The notes: generated from the sequence alone by a model not told the origin. A DNA stretch of 64,000 nucleotides from Candidatus Kerfeldbacteria bacterium (GCA_016182555.1 JACPGJ010000008.1:220272-284271), one strand, 5' to 3'. Shown: positions 29,037 through 38,380, counted from the first letter of the stretch. Program-made: numbers and translations.

Positions 29037-29591
29037 CTATAAAATTAATTTCATTATAGACCGTTCTACATCTTTTTCAATGTTGAGTGAAGGATTGGTA
29101 TGTAATAACTTCATACTCTCTGAAATAATTCCATGAATATGACTAATAATAACATCAAGTGACTGTTTCTCGAATTCCTTTTGTTTCATTCCGTCCTCAA
29201 TAATTTTTCGTAACAGTTGATCATACGCCTCCTGGAAAGCCAATTCTGCAATATCATATTTATATTTGAACTCAAATGCATCATTCCCTTTTTTGATCCA
29301 TCGTTTTGTTTCTTTGAAAATAATGGTAATAAATTGATTGAGTTTTTCCTTGTTTGTTGAAAATTTTTCTAACTGCTTTTCCATTTTTTTACTCAACATT
29401 TGCGCAACACCACTGACAATATAATAAAAGACTTTTTCTTTACTGTTGAAATACTGATAAATGGTTTTCTTACTCATATTGAGCGCCTTTGCCACATCAT
29501 CAACAGATGTTTTTTTATATCCAAAATGCTCAAAATGTTTTTGAAATTGTTTAGCTATGATATCCTGTTTTGTGTCTTTCATAAGAGTCAT
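29037..29591 (-). CDS. TetR family regulator
   Basis: GYKKTSVDDVAKALNMSKKTIYQYFNSKE. Confidence 0.92.
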   Translation of the reverse strand: MTLMKDTKQDIIAKQFQKHFEHFGYKKTSVDDVAKALNMSKKTIYQYFNSKEKVFYYIVSGVAQMLSKKMEKQLEKFSTNKEKLNQFITIIFKETKRWIKKGNDAFEFKYKYDIAELAFQEAYDQLLRKIIEDGMKQKEFEKQSLDVIISHIHGIISESMKLLHTNPSLNIEKDVERSIMKLIL

Positions 29592-29601
29592 AATGTATCT
29601 A

Positions 29602-30291
29602 TTATTGGGGTAAGCTCTGTTGCCATTGCTTAGTCTGCTTCCAATTCGTCAGCAATTTTATGAAAAGATAGATAATCACTGGTACCAGGATCAAATTTTC
29701 ATAAATCCCTGCGCTGAGTTGTGCTAGAGGTGAAGTGTTCGCCAATAAAAGTAATAATACCAACCAACGATTTGATTTGGGCATTGCTGTTACAAGCAGC
29801 ACGGCACAGAAAATTAGTGTTGGATAAATCGTTAAACCAATGATGGCAGTATTGGGAAATTGTAATCCCCAAGGCAAATAATAAAGCGGATATAATAACG
29901 AGATAACAATAAATACACCAGCTATGATTTTATCTACTAAATGAATAGGCAAGGTAAAAGTAATCCTATTTTTAGTTAATATATCACGTAACAATACACC
30001 CGCCACGAATAATAATATGGCTACCCAAAATCCTTCTACTATCACAGCTGGAATGGCTCCCTCAAGTTTTCCAATTAAACTCATATGATCTCTAATTACC
30101 ACCAGTGTTAGCCACATAATACTTACCCAGCTTAATGCAACAACCATCCAAATTTTAAGTGGTTTAGGTTGTTGCTTCGGCCCATAGGCATAGTATAAAC
30201 AGATCAAAGCACTAATAAAAAATAGAATTCCTACCCACCACCATTGTTGGTTATAGAGGCTGGTCAGAAGATAATAAGCGGTTTTATCCAT
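29602..30291 (-). CDS. Multi-TM membrane protein (DUF6064-like)
   Basis: About 7 hydrophobic segments; LYPL...PTLIF. Confidence 0.65.
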   Translation of the reverse strand: MDKTAYYLLTSLYNQQWWWVGILFFISALICLYYAYGPKQQPKPLKIWMVVALSWVSIMWLTLVVIRDHMSLIGKLEGAIPAVIVEGFWVAILLFVAGVLLRDILTKNRITFTLPIHLVDKIIAGVFIVISLLYPLYYLPWGLQFPNTAIIGLTIYPTLIFCAVLLVTAMPKSNRWLVLLLLLANTSPLAQLSAGIYENLILVPVIIYLFIKLLTNWKQTKQWQQSLPQ

Positions 30292-30313
30292 AACTATTAT
30301 TGGTTAATTACTA

Positions 30314-30344
30314 ATGGAAACTAAATACTAAAATAGTTTACCAT
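30314..30344. promoter_or_regulatory. Candidate TetR operator
   Basis: ATGGAAACTA...TAGTTTACCAT imperfect inverted repeat upstream of membrane gene-tetR. Confidence 0.45.
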
Positions 30345-30427
30345 AACCTCAGCAATAGTCAAGTACATTATACACATGTCTTTATGAAGCCCAAACGTAA
30401 TAAGCAAATCTGACTTATGTAGATTAT

Positions 30428-31021
30428 TTACTCAAGTAGTAAATCAGTTTTTTTGTATCTTCTATCCTCTGGTAAAGACCGTTTGATTTTCCAATACTTA
30501 ATTGCATCCTTAAGTGCCTTATCTGGATTATCCTGCAAAAAATCACGAATATACCGATTATACTCAAACTGTGGAGCGATCTCTTTTTTCTCTGCCGTAT
30601 CTTTCTTCAACTCATGCAAACGTTTCCATTCGAGTATCGCATCTTGCAACGTTTTACCCACATTCACTTTCATCCAATTCATAAATTGAACATTAAACGC
30701 AAAGTGTTTGCCAATTTGCTTTGTAAAGAAAGTTCGTACATTTTCTGTATTCTTGTAGCTGTCCGTAATTTCTGTTGCTAAATTCAATGTTTCTTTATTC
30801 CAATCAAATTTTGAAACTGTCTTTTTTGATACCTTTTTTATTGAAGTAACCTTGCCAGTGCGTAAAAATGCTTCTATCCTATCTGCAATCTCACGTTTCC
30901 CTCCTTGTGTATTGATTCCATGCTCTTTGCAAAATTGCACCAATTCCTCTTTTAGCCAATAAAAAGATTGAAAATCCTCTAGTGAAATATGTTTAGTTAA
31001 TAGTGGCCGTGATGTATTCAT
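30428..31021 (-). CDS. SAP + DUF6434 domain protein
   Basis: FYWLKEELVQFC, QFEYNRYIRDF. Confidence 0.8.
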   Translation of the reverse strand: MNTSRPLLTKHISLEDFQSFYWLKEELVQFCKEHGINTQGGKREIADRIEAFLRTGKVTSIKKVSKKTVSKFDWNKETLNLATEITDSYKNTENVRTFFTKQIGKHFAFNVQFMNWMKVNVGKTLQDAILEWKRLHELKKDTAEKKEIAPQFEYNRYIRDFLQDNPDKALKDAIKYWKIKRSLPEDRRYKKTDLLLE

Positions 31022-31030
31022 GTCCTGATA

Positions 31031-31729
31031 CTACACCTTTGTTACTAACGTATTCCAGAATTGATACAGCGGTGCTAATAGCTGAAAATGTTTCGCTAAC
31101 TCTGTAACTAACTGCTTTGAGAATAGCGTTTGATCGATTGTTGTATTGCGTACCAAATAGATGTTTTTGCGTTGATACCATGATTGAATTTCCGCAGGGA
31201 GATTTGGATTCAATACCTTTTTATATTGCTCGCCTTCGAGAGTAAATATGTTCTGCTTTGGATAAAATTGTATCGCTTTGATAAATTCTTTTGTCTTCTT
31301 TTCCATCAATTCACGCAACCGTGCCATTGTGTCTGGAGAAGCGCTGTAAAAACCCATACCATACCGATATGATTCAGGCGACAATTCAAAAAAATATGCA
31401 GGAGCATCTTTCCATTCCTTAGTGGGACGTTTGAATGTAATCCACATCGCAGTTTTGTAGGGTGATTTATCTTTTGAAAATCGAGTGTCACGATGAATGC
31501 GAGAAATTGTTCGATTCACTGCTGGCGTTACTTCAAAATACGAGTCAATCATGAGCATATCATTGCTCAAATCCTGTACCAACGCTTGTAGTGGTTCTAA
31601 AACAAACTGCTGATAATCCTCTCGATGTGCTTCAAACCATGTTTTATTGTTATGGGATTGGAGATCACCTAAAAATTGAATTGTCTGTTCTGAAAATCTC
31701 TGAAATGTTTTTTGTTGATTGTTTTGCAT
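31031..31729 (-). CDS. DUF2461 family protein
   Basis: HNNKTWFEAHR, RIHRDTRFSKDKSPYK. Confidence 0.88.
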   Translation of the reverse strand: MQNNQQKTFQRFSEQTIQFLGDLQSHNNKTWFEAHREDYQQFVLEPLQALVQDLSNDMLMIDSYFEVTPAVNRTISRIHRDTRFSKDKSPYKTAMWITFKRPTKEWKDAPAYFFELSPESYRYGMGFYSASPDTMARLRELMEKKTKEFIKAIQFYPKQNIFTLEGEQYKKVLNPNLPAEIQSWYQRKNIYLVRNTTIDQTLFSKQLVTELAKHFQLLAPLYQFWNTLVTKV

Positions 31730-31736
31730 ACAGGTA

Positions 31737-32132
31737 TTATAACGGATACGCTGAGTATTGATCTGCAACTATCCACCATTTACCATCCTCTTTTACTACA
31801 GCAAACATATCTCGTCCTTGCATCGTAATAGTGCGTCCGTGCATCTCAAATGACATATCAAAATAGTATGTAACTACTGCAAACTGGTTATTTCCATATA
31901 CTTCAATTTTGGGATCAAGTTCTTTGAAATAATGAATTTTTGCAGATCGTGTAAATCCAGTCCAGGCAGCAACACAGGCTGCTCTCCCTTCATGTCGTTC
32001 TCTATCGGTTGCACTGATAGCAACCATCCGCTCATGAAAATAATTATTCAACTGTTCAGGGGTATTATCTATTGTCCATGCCTTATTCATGGCTTGAATA
32101 GTCTGCCAAATTTCTTGTTGGATTGGATTCAT
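31737..32132 (-). CDS. NTF2/SnoaL-like (DUF4440) protein
   Basis: AVVTYYFDMSF...GRDMFAVVKEDGKWWIVADQYS. Confidence 0.85.
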   Translation of the reverse strand: MNPIQQEIWQTIQAMNKAWTIDNTPEQLNNYFHERMVAISATDRERHEGRAACVAAWTGFTRSAKIHYFKELDPKIEVYGNNQFAVVTYYFDMSFEMHGRTITMQGRDMFAVVKEDGKWWIVADQYSAYPL

Positions 32133-32230
32133 AAAAATGTTGCTCAATAACTTTTATCTAAACTATATGATTCTTCTATTCTTTTGATTTACCTTGCTCT
32201 AACTTTTTTGTGAGTTAATCAAAATCCGAC

Positions 32231-32440
32231 TCATAATCCTTCAAATGATTCTATCAATCTAAATAAATTTCCATTAGTAAATTCTCGATACACCGGCACA
32301 ACCACAGCTAACTTCATTTCTGGCAATGGTGGTTCTTCAACATATGTTTCTCTTTTTCTTTCACGTCGTTCATCAAGATATCTTTTTTCGGAATCTCTCA
32401 AATCTCTTCTCTTGTCTCTTCTTTTAATTAATTCTACCAT
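32231..32440 (-). pseudogene. Truncated GT2 glycosyltransferase-like N-terminus
   Basis: KLAVVVPVYRE...LFRLIESF, then stop. Confidence 0.55.
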
Positions 32441-32688
32441 AATAACATCTTATAAAATAATTATGAATTTTATAGCATATAATTATCAAAAAAACAATCC
32501 TCTTTTCGTACTCCGTATACTATAGCTATAATTAACCAATTATCTTACTAAACCAAATGAGAATCACTGTCTAAAAATGGGGTACTTGCCACCCTTAAAA
32601 GCAATCTGATATTCACAGAATTGCTCGTAAAGATTTTGGATGTGCATATATGTTCGCGTTACTGCGAAAGTGATATGCTCAAGTTTGT

Positions 32689-32959
32689 TGGAGCCGTTGT
32701 GCGGGATCGAACCGCAGACCTCATCCTTCGTTTACACCTCACTTTATTGAAACACGTATGTGAGGACTAGACTGTATCTTTCCGCCAGAGGCGGACTCCT
32801 TGTCAGTCGTTCGGGCGAATACATTTCTGTATCGCCACGGTCTTGACCATGTGTCTGGTTATTAACCGTAATTCGGAGTTCATCTTGCATGTTGCCATAC
32901 AAGCGGGCAGACTTTTACAAGCCACCATGGATGTGCTCTACCAACTGAGCTACAACGGC
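32689..32959 (-). tRNA. tRNA-Thr(GGT), split by an intron at 36/37; exons 32924-32959 (36 nt) and 32689-32728 (40 nt, CCA encoded)
   Basis: Spliced product GCCGTTGTAGCTCAGTTGGTAGAGCACATCCATGGT|AAGGATGAGGTCTGCGGTTCGATCCCGCACAACGGCTCCA is a perfect 76-nt cloverleaf. Confidence 0.93.
32729..32923 (-). ncRNA. Group I self-splicing intron, 195 nt, no ORF
   Basis: The 5' exon ends in U and the intron ends in G. P1 GGU/GCC wobble, P2 with GCAA loop, P3 ACUCC/GGAGU, P4 ACGGU/ACCGU, P6 GAAA loop, P7 GACUG/CAGUC with J8/7 AAAGAUA, P8 CCGCC/GGCGG, P9 CCUCAC/GUGAGG. Confidence 0.9.
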
Positions 32960-33032
32960 AAATGTGCGCAGAGAAAATTGACACAAAAGAACAGATGCAC
33001 AATATACTGGCGTAAAAATACGCCAGCGTATT

Positions 33033-33824
33033 CTACATCTCTTTCACCAATTTTTCAAATTCGGTAATTTTTTGGTTTTCGGGGTTGGCTTCTTTCAATT
33101 GACGCAACGTCGTACGCGCCAATATGCGATCTTTCATTTCAATAGCAAGCGCCAACAATGAATCTAAATTACGCGGGTTATTCGGCGCCAGCTTCACGCA
33201 CACCTTAAAATACGCCAACGCTTTTTTTTGTAATCCTTGCGACTGATACACTGTTCCTAAATCATAGTAAATACGATCTTCTTTTGGGCGCAACTTACGC
33301 GCAAACTCTAACGTTTCAATAGCGTGGTCATATTCTTTTTTCTGCGAATATAATTCCCCTAAATATTCGTACGCTTCCACTTCTTTTGGGTTCAGGCGAA
33401 TAATATCTAAAAACAGGTGCTCGGCCTCCGCCAACTTTCCTTCTTTATATAATGCGACAGCCGATTCCATAATGCTGGCAATTTTTTGGCGTGTCTTTTC
33501 TTTCTCTTCTTGCGTGGCTGGCGTGGGCATCGCGTGTCGGTATTTCCGCTCCAATTCCACAATTTTTTCATACCAACGAGAAAAATGTTTCACCACCGCA
33601 TCTTTTGCCGGGGAAATTCCTTTTGCGGCAGCATTTCGAGCGTCTTTCGCTTTTCGTTGTAAGCGTTCTTCAATTAACTGATATTTTTTTGAACGCTGCT
33701 TTGCTTTTGGCATGGCATCTAAATCAAGCAAACGCAATTTGTTCCAATACTTCACCACCAAACCAACCATACAGAACAACGCCGCAACGCCGATACCGAT
33801 AATAACCCAATCAATCCATGTCAT
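33033..33824 (-). CDS. Membrane-anchored TPR protein
   Basis: N-terminal TM; TPR repeats (AYEYLGELY, IYYDLGTVY). Confidence 0.85.
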   Translation of the reverse strand: MTWIDWVIIGIGVAALFCMVGLVVKYWNKLRLLDLDAMPKAKQRSKKYQLIEERLQRKAKDARNAAAKGISPAKDAVVKHFSRWYEKIVELERKYRHAMPTPATQEEKEKTRQKIASIMESAVALYKEGKLAEAEHLFLDIIRLNPKEVEAYEYLGELYSQKKEYDHAIETLEFARKLRPKEDRIYYDLGTVYQSQGLQKKALAYFKVCVKLAPNNPRNLDSLLALAIEMKDRILARTTLRQLKEANPENQKITEFEKLVKEM

Positions 33825-33833
33825 AAGAAAAAA

Positions 33834-34676
33834 TTATGATTTTTTTGAACAACACCCTTTATCTGCTGAACAGCCATTACAACCAACTTTATCGCAACCA
33901 AGCGGCACGTCTTCACGGGTACCATCAGCTTTTTTCAGTGTCACCACATGGGTCAAAATATTTCGCGAAATCACTTCGCACGTACCATGAGTTTTCGTAT
34001 TCATAAATGTCCCAACTTCCGGCATGCGTGCGCCACACATGCGATACCCTTCGGATTCATAAGCCAAGCAACATTTTAACCGGCCACACAACCCAGACAA
34101 CCGATCACTGCCGCGGTGTTCCAACTGCTGCAAGGGAACCAGGTCAGCGCTCACATTTCCTAAATCTTTTAACCAAGTCGAACAGCAGGTTTCACGACCA
34201 CACGGACCAATGCCACCCATCTCCGCAACCACATCACGCGAACCGATTTGTTGTAAACGAATTTGTTTTTGAAACTGCGCAGACAACAACCGTACTAATT
34301 CACGAAAATCGACGCGCGTACTAGAAGTAAACGCAAAAACTAAACGAGAATCATCAAACGAAAACGACACATCAATAACTTTCATTGGTAAATCTAATTG
34401 CCGTGCATGTTGGCGTGCGTGTTGCAACACATCTGCTTTACTCTCAGCTTGGCGCTTCATTTTTTCAAAATCCGCCATACTCGGCAAGCGTTTTACCGGT
34501 TGCAGCGCCGTGTCCAACTCATGCGGGGCCACTTCACCAAACCCAATCACCTTTCCCACATCTTGGCCAAGGCTGGTATCCACAATCACCCGGTCACCCA
34601 ACTTCAAATCAAACCCAGCCGGATCAAAAAAATATGATCGATCCCAGGTATGAAATTGAACTTCAGCAACTCTCAT
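33834..34676 (-). CDS. ricT: PSP1/RicT (YaaT) family Fe-S protein
   Basis: RVDFRELVR, RQIGSRD, GPCGRETCC, SGLCGRLKCCLAYE. Confidence 0.88.
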   Translation of the reverse strand: MRVAEVQFHTWDRSYFFDPAGFDLKLGDRVIVDTSLGQDVGKVIGFGEVAPHELDTALQPVKRLPSMADFEKMKRQAESKADVLQHARQHARQLDLPMKVIDVSFSFDDSRLVFAFTSSTRVDFRELVRLLSAQFQKQIRLQQIGSRDVVAEMGGIGPCGRETCCSTWLKDLGNVSADLVPLQQLEHRGSDRLSGLCGRLKCCLAYESEGYRMCGARMPEVGTFMNTKTHGTCEVISRNILTHVVTLKKADGTREDVPLGCDKVGCNGCSADKGCCSKKS

Positions 34677-35268
34677 TTGATTCATGGTCATCCAGGCTAA
34701 ATCGCGCGAAGCGTCGAATTTGGATATTTTCTCCCATTTTCCCGATCGCTTCATTTAACAAATCCTGAATCGTTTGGTCTTCGTTCTTGAAAAATCGTTG
34801 ATTCAACAAGCACTGTTCTTCAAAAAATTTATTCAATTTGCCTTCAATAATTTTTTCTTTCACGTTTTCTGGCTTGTTCCCCTCAATTTGTGCAGCATAA
34901 ATTTCACGTTCCTTTGCTTGTACTTCAGGAGTCACCTCTTCCGGTTTCAAATAGCGTGGGTTCATGGAAGCCACTTGCATGGCTAAATCTTTTGCGAGTG
35001 TTTGAAAATCTTCGGTGCGTGCCACAAAATCGGTTTCACAATTCAATTCCAATAACACACCAATTTTATTCATGTGAATATACGACGTGACCACGCCTTC
35101 AGACGCTTCACGGCCTGCTTTTTTCAATGCGACTGCTTCTCCACGTTTGCGCAAAATTTCAAGAGCTTTATCATAATCACCGCTGGTTTCATCTAATGCT
35201 TTTTTGACATCCAAGATGCCAGCGCCGCTTTGTGAACGTAATTTTTGTATGAGTTCTGTCGTAATCAT
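34663..35268 (-). CDS. tsf: Elongation factor Ts (short form)
   Basis: LRSQSGAGILDVKKAL, ELNCETDFVA, GENIQIRRFARF. Confidence 0.97.
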   Translation of the reverse strand: MITTELIQKLRSQSGAGILDVKKALDETSGDYDKALEILRKRGEAVALKKAGREASEGVVTSYIHMNKIGVLLELNCETDFVARTEDFQTLAKDLAMQVASMNPRYLKPEEVTPEVQAKEREIYAAQIEGNKPENVKEKIIEGKLNKFFEEQCLLNQRFFKNEDQTIQDLLNEAIGKMGENIQIRRFARFSLDDHESNESC

Positions 35269-35281
35269 AATAAATGGTTAT

Positions 35282-36016
35282 TTATACTGATGGAGTAACT
35301 GCTGGGGCTGCAGGAACAGTTGCAACAACCGGGTTCTGTTTTCCATCCAATACCGCACCAGCAAGAGCTTTCACGAGCAGTTCAATGGATTTCACTGCAT
35401 CGTCATTGCCAGGGATAGGATAATCGACCTGTTTTGGATCCACATTTGAATCGCAAATCGCAATAATAGGCAAGTTCAACTGTTTCGCTTCACGCAATGC
35501 TGTTTTTTCTTCTTGCAAATCAACAATAAAGACCACGTCTGGCAGTTTCATTAAATTCTCAACACCACCAACGATGCTATCTAACCGTTCAATTTCGCGG
35601 TCAAATTCCAATTGTTCTTTCTTCGTATATTTTTTCAAGTCGCCGCTTTCACGGTCGGCTTTTAATTTCGTCAGTTTACGTGCAACAGTGGAAACGTGTT
35701 TAAAGTTTGTAAGCATTCCACCCAACCATCGGTTCGTGATATATGGCATGCCGCATTCTTTCGCGTATTTTTCAATAACCGCTGAAGCTTGATTTTTTGT
35801 ACCGACAAAAAGGATCGTTTTCCCGTTTGCGGCCAAATCTTGCACCACTTGCAGTGTTTCTTTCAACTTCTGTTCCGTGGCTTCCAAGTTAATAATGTGG
35901 ACGTTCTTTTTCGTAGTGAAAATGTATGGCCCCATGTTTGGGTGCCATTTGCTGCTACGGTGCCCAAAATGAACGCCAGCTTTGAGCATCTCCAGCATTG
36001 TTGGAGTTTTTGACAT
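35282..36016 (-). CDS. rpsB: 30S ribosomal protein S2
   Basis: MLKAGVHFGH, RWLGGMLTNF, IPGNDDA. Confidence 0.98.
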   Translation of the reverse strand: MSKTPTMLEMLKAGVHFGHRSSKWHPNMGPYIFTTKKNVHIINLEATEQKLKETLQVVQDLAANGKTILFVGTKNQASAVIEKYAKECGMPYITNRWLGGMLTNFKHVSTVARKLTKLKADRESGDLKKYTKKEQLEFDREIERLDSIVGGVENLMKLPDVVFIVDLQEEKTALREAKQLNLPIIAICDSNVDPKQVDYPIPGNDDAVKSIELLVKALAGAVLDGKQNPVVATVPAAPAVTPSV

Positions 36017-36034
36017 AAATTCCTTTTAGATTAC

Positions 36035-36096
36035 GACACATGCCACAGTACACGACCTGCAAATGCAGGCAGGAATGCATTGTTCTCGCATGTATC
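36035..36096 (-). promoter_or_regulatory. Structured rpsB 5' leader
   Basis: GATACATGC...GCATGTGTC outer stem enclosing CCTGCA-TT-TGCAGG; promoter TTGCAT-16-TATACT at 36121-36148. Confidence 0.55.
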
Positions 36097-36204
36097 TACT
36101 TAATTAAATACGTAACGTAGAGTATACCAACTATCAAAAAAAATGCAAGTTTAACTCATCCATCTCAGGCTCATTCCTTGATTGGACAATACTGTTTATC
36201 TAAA

Positions 36205-36228
36205 ACCACCAGCTCTATGGCTGGTGGT
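36205..36228 (-). terminator. Hairpin downstream of Asp-rich gene
   Basis: ACCACCAGC-6-GCTGGTGGT followed by T-run on the minus strand. Confidence 0.55.
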
Positions 36229-36257
36229 CGATAATTTGTATCGTTGTACTTGTCGAA

Positions 36258-37796
36258 TTAAAATGGTTGATCGTTGTCAGTTGGTTTTGATGAATCAGCT
36301 TGCGAACATTCTTCAAACGCACGACAAGTAGTACGGTAAAAACTCCAAGAAATATCCGTAGCGATGCTTGTATAACCATTCAAACCGGCCTCATCATACG
36401 AAGAATCACTAAACGAGTTTACCATGGTCGAATGACTCGTATCAGTATAATAGGCACAGTAAGTTGAATCACCAGCATAATTATCTGATTCTGACTGTGT
36501 GCACCCTTCTTCACTTCCACCACCAATATAGCCACCTTCAACAAACACTGCAGAAGCTTCATTCCCGTTAGAAACTGTGACAGATGTATTGCAATAATCT
36601 GGATCGTCGTCATTGACACAGCCACTTATACCAATGGTGTATTCTCCGGTAGATGCATCAAAAGTACCACCAGAAACCATATATGTACCATCCAAAACAA
36701 CCGGCATACTTTCTTCCGATGTCCCAGTTATTTTATAGGACTGACTGTCGTCTCTGGAGTTAGTATAGTTTTCTTCGTATCTTGATTTAGCATGGCCCCA
36801 TGTTTGAATGAAACCACCCACCTCACCATTTAAAATCACCTCATCCAAACGAGCCTCTACTAAGGAACTGGTGGTGGTATCTGTAACAGTATCATTCAAT
36901 CCACCATCATACACATAACCTCTACGATAATTCATAAACCCATACCACACACGAGCTTCAACATTTGTTGCATTATCCGCGTCTTCTGAATCGTCAGTAC
37001 CGTCATTATCGTAATCGTATGGTTGAGGATCATCACTATCGGGCGAACCATCGCCATCATCGTCTATATCGGTATTATCGTTTTCCCCATCGTTATCATG
37101 ATCATACTCTTGTCCCGGATCAAATGCATCTGCATATCCATCATTGTCATCATCGGTATCACCCATGTTATCGCCACTTCCACAATCAGCGTATGTATCA
37201 TTATCATGGTTATAGATATGTTTAAATTTCTCTTCTTTCATATCCGAAATACCGTCATCATCATCGTCATCATCTAGATTATCTGCTGTTCCATCATTAT
37301 CATGATCTTTCAGCATGGTATCGCTATCATCGGCAAGACAGTCTTTATCATCGTCGGTATCATCTTCATTTTTTTCATCGTCATTGTCATGATTTTTTTT
37401 GTATTTTTTCTGTTCAACAACATCTAAAATATTATCGCTATCAGCATCTTTTTCATCGCCTAAGACACGGTTTTCAACGGCATCTTCCGTACCATCGTTA
37501 TCCGTATCAAACAAATATTTTTTCTTTTCATCATCATCAAGCAAATCATCATTATCGTCATCATCATCTTTTTTATCTTTAATTTCATCATTGTCATGGT
37601 CGAAAGTAAAAATATCTTTTTCCACTTTATCTGGATACCCATCATTATCATCATCGATATCCTTTTTATCAGCAATACCATCTTGGTCATGATCATTCGT
37701 TGATTTAGCCTGTGTAATTTGTAAAGAGTTTACTAAGAAAAACACCCCAGTTAATAGAGTGATAGCTAAAAAGCTAGCTGATATTTTTTTGACCAT
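36258..37796 (-). CDS. Secreted Asp-rich protein with thrombospondin type-3-like Ca-binding repeats
   Basis: Signal peptide MVKKISASFLA...; repeated DHDNDG / DxDDDNDG. Confidence 0.8.
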   Translation of the reverse strand: MVKKISASFLAITLLTGVFFLVNSLQITQAKSTNDHDQDGIADKKDIDDDNDGYPDKVEKDIFTFDHDNDEIKDKKDDDDDNDDLLDDDEKKKYLFDTDNDGTEDAVENRVLGDEKDADSDNILDVVEQKKYKKNHDNDDEKNEDDTDDDKDCLADDSDTMLKDHDNDGTADNLDDDDDDDGISDMKEEKFKHIYNHDNDTYADCGSGDNMGDTDDDNDGYADAFDPGQEYDHDNDGENDNTDIDDDGDGSPDSDDPQPYDYDNDGTDDSEDADNATNVEARVWYGFMNYRRGYVYDGGLNDTVTDTTTSSLVEARLDEVILNGEVGGFIQTWGHAKSRYEENYTNSRDDSQSYKITGTSEESMPVVLDGTYMVSGGTFDASTGEYTIGISGCVNDDDPDYCNTSVTVSNGNEASAVFVEGGYIGGGSEEGCTQSESDNYAGDSTYCAYYTDTSHSTMVNSFSDSSYDEAGLNGYTSIATDISWSFYRTTCRAFEECSQADSSKPTDNDQPF

Positions 37797-37897
37797 ACGT
37801 AGATTATAGGTAATAATTATTGAATAACTCAGATGAACCAATGGCTGACAATAATAACAATATAGACTATTTTCCAAAATTTGTCAAGATTCAAGTC

Positions 37898-37955
37898 GAA
37901 AGTGTTAGGGAAAGTGTTAGGGAAAGTTGACACCCCTACAAGCCCATGCTATAGT
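37898..37955 (+). promoter_or_regulatory. rpmE promoter preceded by 12-bp tandem repeat
   Basis: GAAAGTGTTAGG x2.5, then TTGACA-17-TATAGT with extended TG. Confidence 0.7.
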
Positions 37956-37983
37956 AGCAGTCGCTTATTTAAATTATGTTGTT

Positions 37984-38325
37984 ATGAAACAGAATATCCA
38001 CCCGACCAATTACACCGCAACCGTTACTTGCGCCTGCGGAAACACGTTTGCCACCGTCTCGACAAAAGAGGCTATTACTACGGAAATTTGTTCGAATTGT
38101 CATCCATTTTTTACTGGAAAACAAAAATTGGTGGATACGGCTCACCGTGTAGAAAAATACGAAGAAAAAAAGAAAAAACAAGTCGAAATGAGTGCTGGCC
38201 GCAAACATACATCGAAAAAAGCGAAACAAGAAGCACGCAAAAGCAAAAAAGGCGAATTAACGAAAACCGTGAAAGCCGATGCCAAGGCTGCATTGAAAGC
38301 CGCAAAATCTGCCCTGTCTTCTTAA
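37984..38325 (+). CDS. rpmE: 50S ribosomal protein L31 with Lys-rich extension
   Basis: [25 protein letters not shown]. Confidence 0.96.
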   Translation: MKQNIHPTNYTATVTCACGNTFATVSTKEAITTEICSNCHPFFTGKQKLVDTAHRVEKYEEKKKKQVEMSAGRKHTSKKAKQEARKSKKGELTKTVKADAKAALKAAKSALSS

Positions 38326-38341
38326 CGGCGCAAAAGAACAG

Positions 38342-38366
38342 AATCGGGTCTCCTACCCGATTTTTT
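38342..38366 (+). terminator. Terminator/attenuating hairpin between rpmE and prfA
   Basis: AATCGGGT-CTCCT-ACCCGATT-TTTT. Confidence 0.6.
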
Positions 38367-38380
38367 CTTAGATAAAAACT

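Noticed and set aside
21969-32440. Integron cassette array
   Set aside because: No recurring attC-like RYYYAAC...GTTRRRY elements or intI seen; many gaps are too short.
32843-33067. 74-aa plus-strand ORF, considered as an intron-encoded endonuclease
   Set aside because: It is antisense to the tRNA/intron and has no LAGLIDADG, HNH or GIY-YIG motif.
36205-36228. IS200/REP-like end hairpin (ACCACCAGC...GCTGGTGGT)
   Set aside because: Single copy with no tnpA remnant; adequately explained as a terminator.
36990-37700. CRISPR-like or tandem DNA repeats
   Set aside because: The repetition is Asp-codon coding sequence, with no fixed repeat-spacer pattern and no cas genes in the window.
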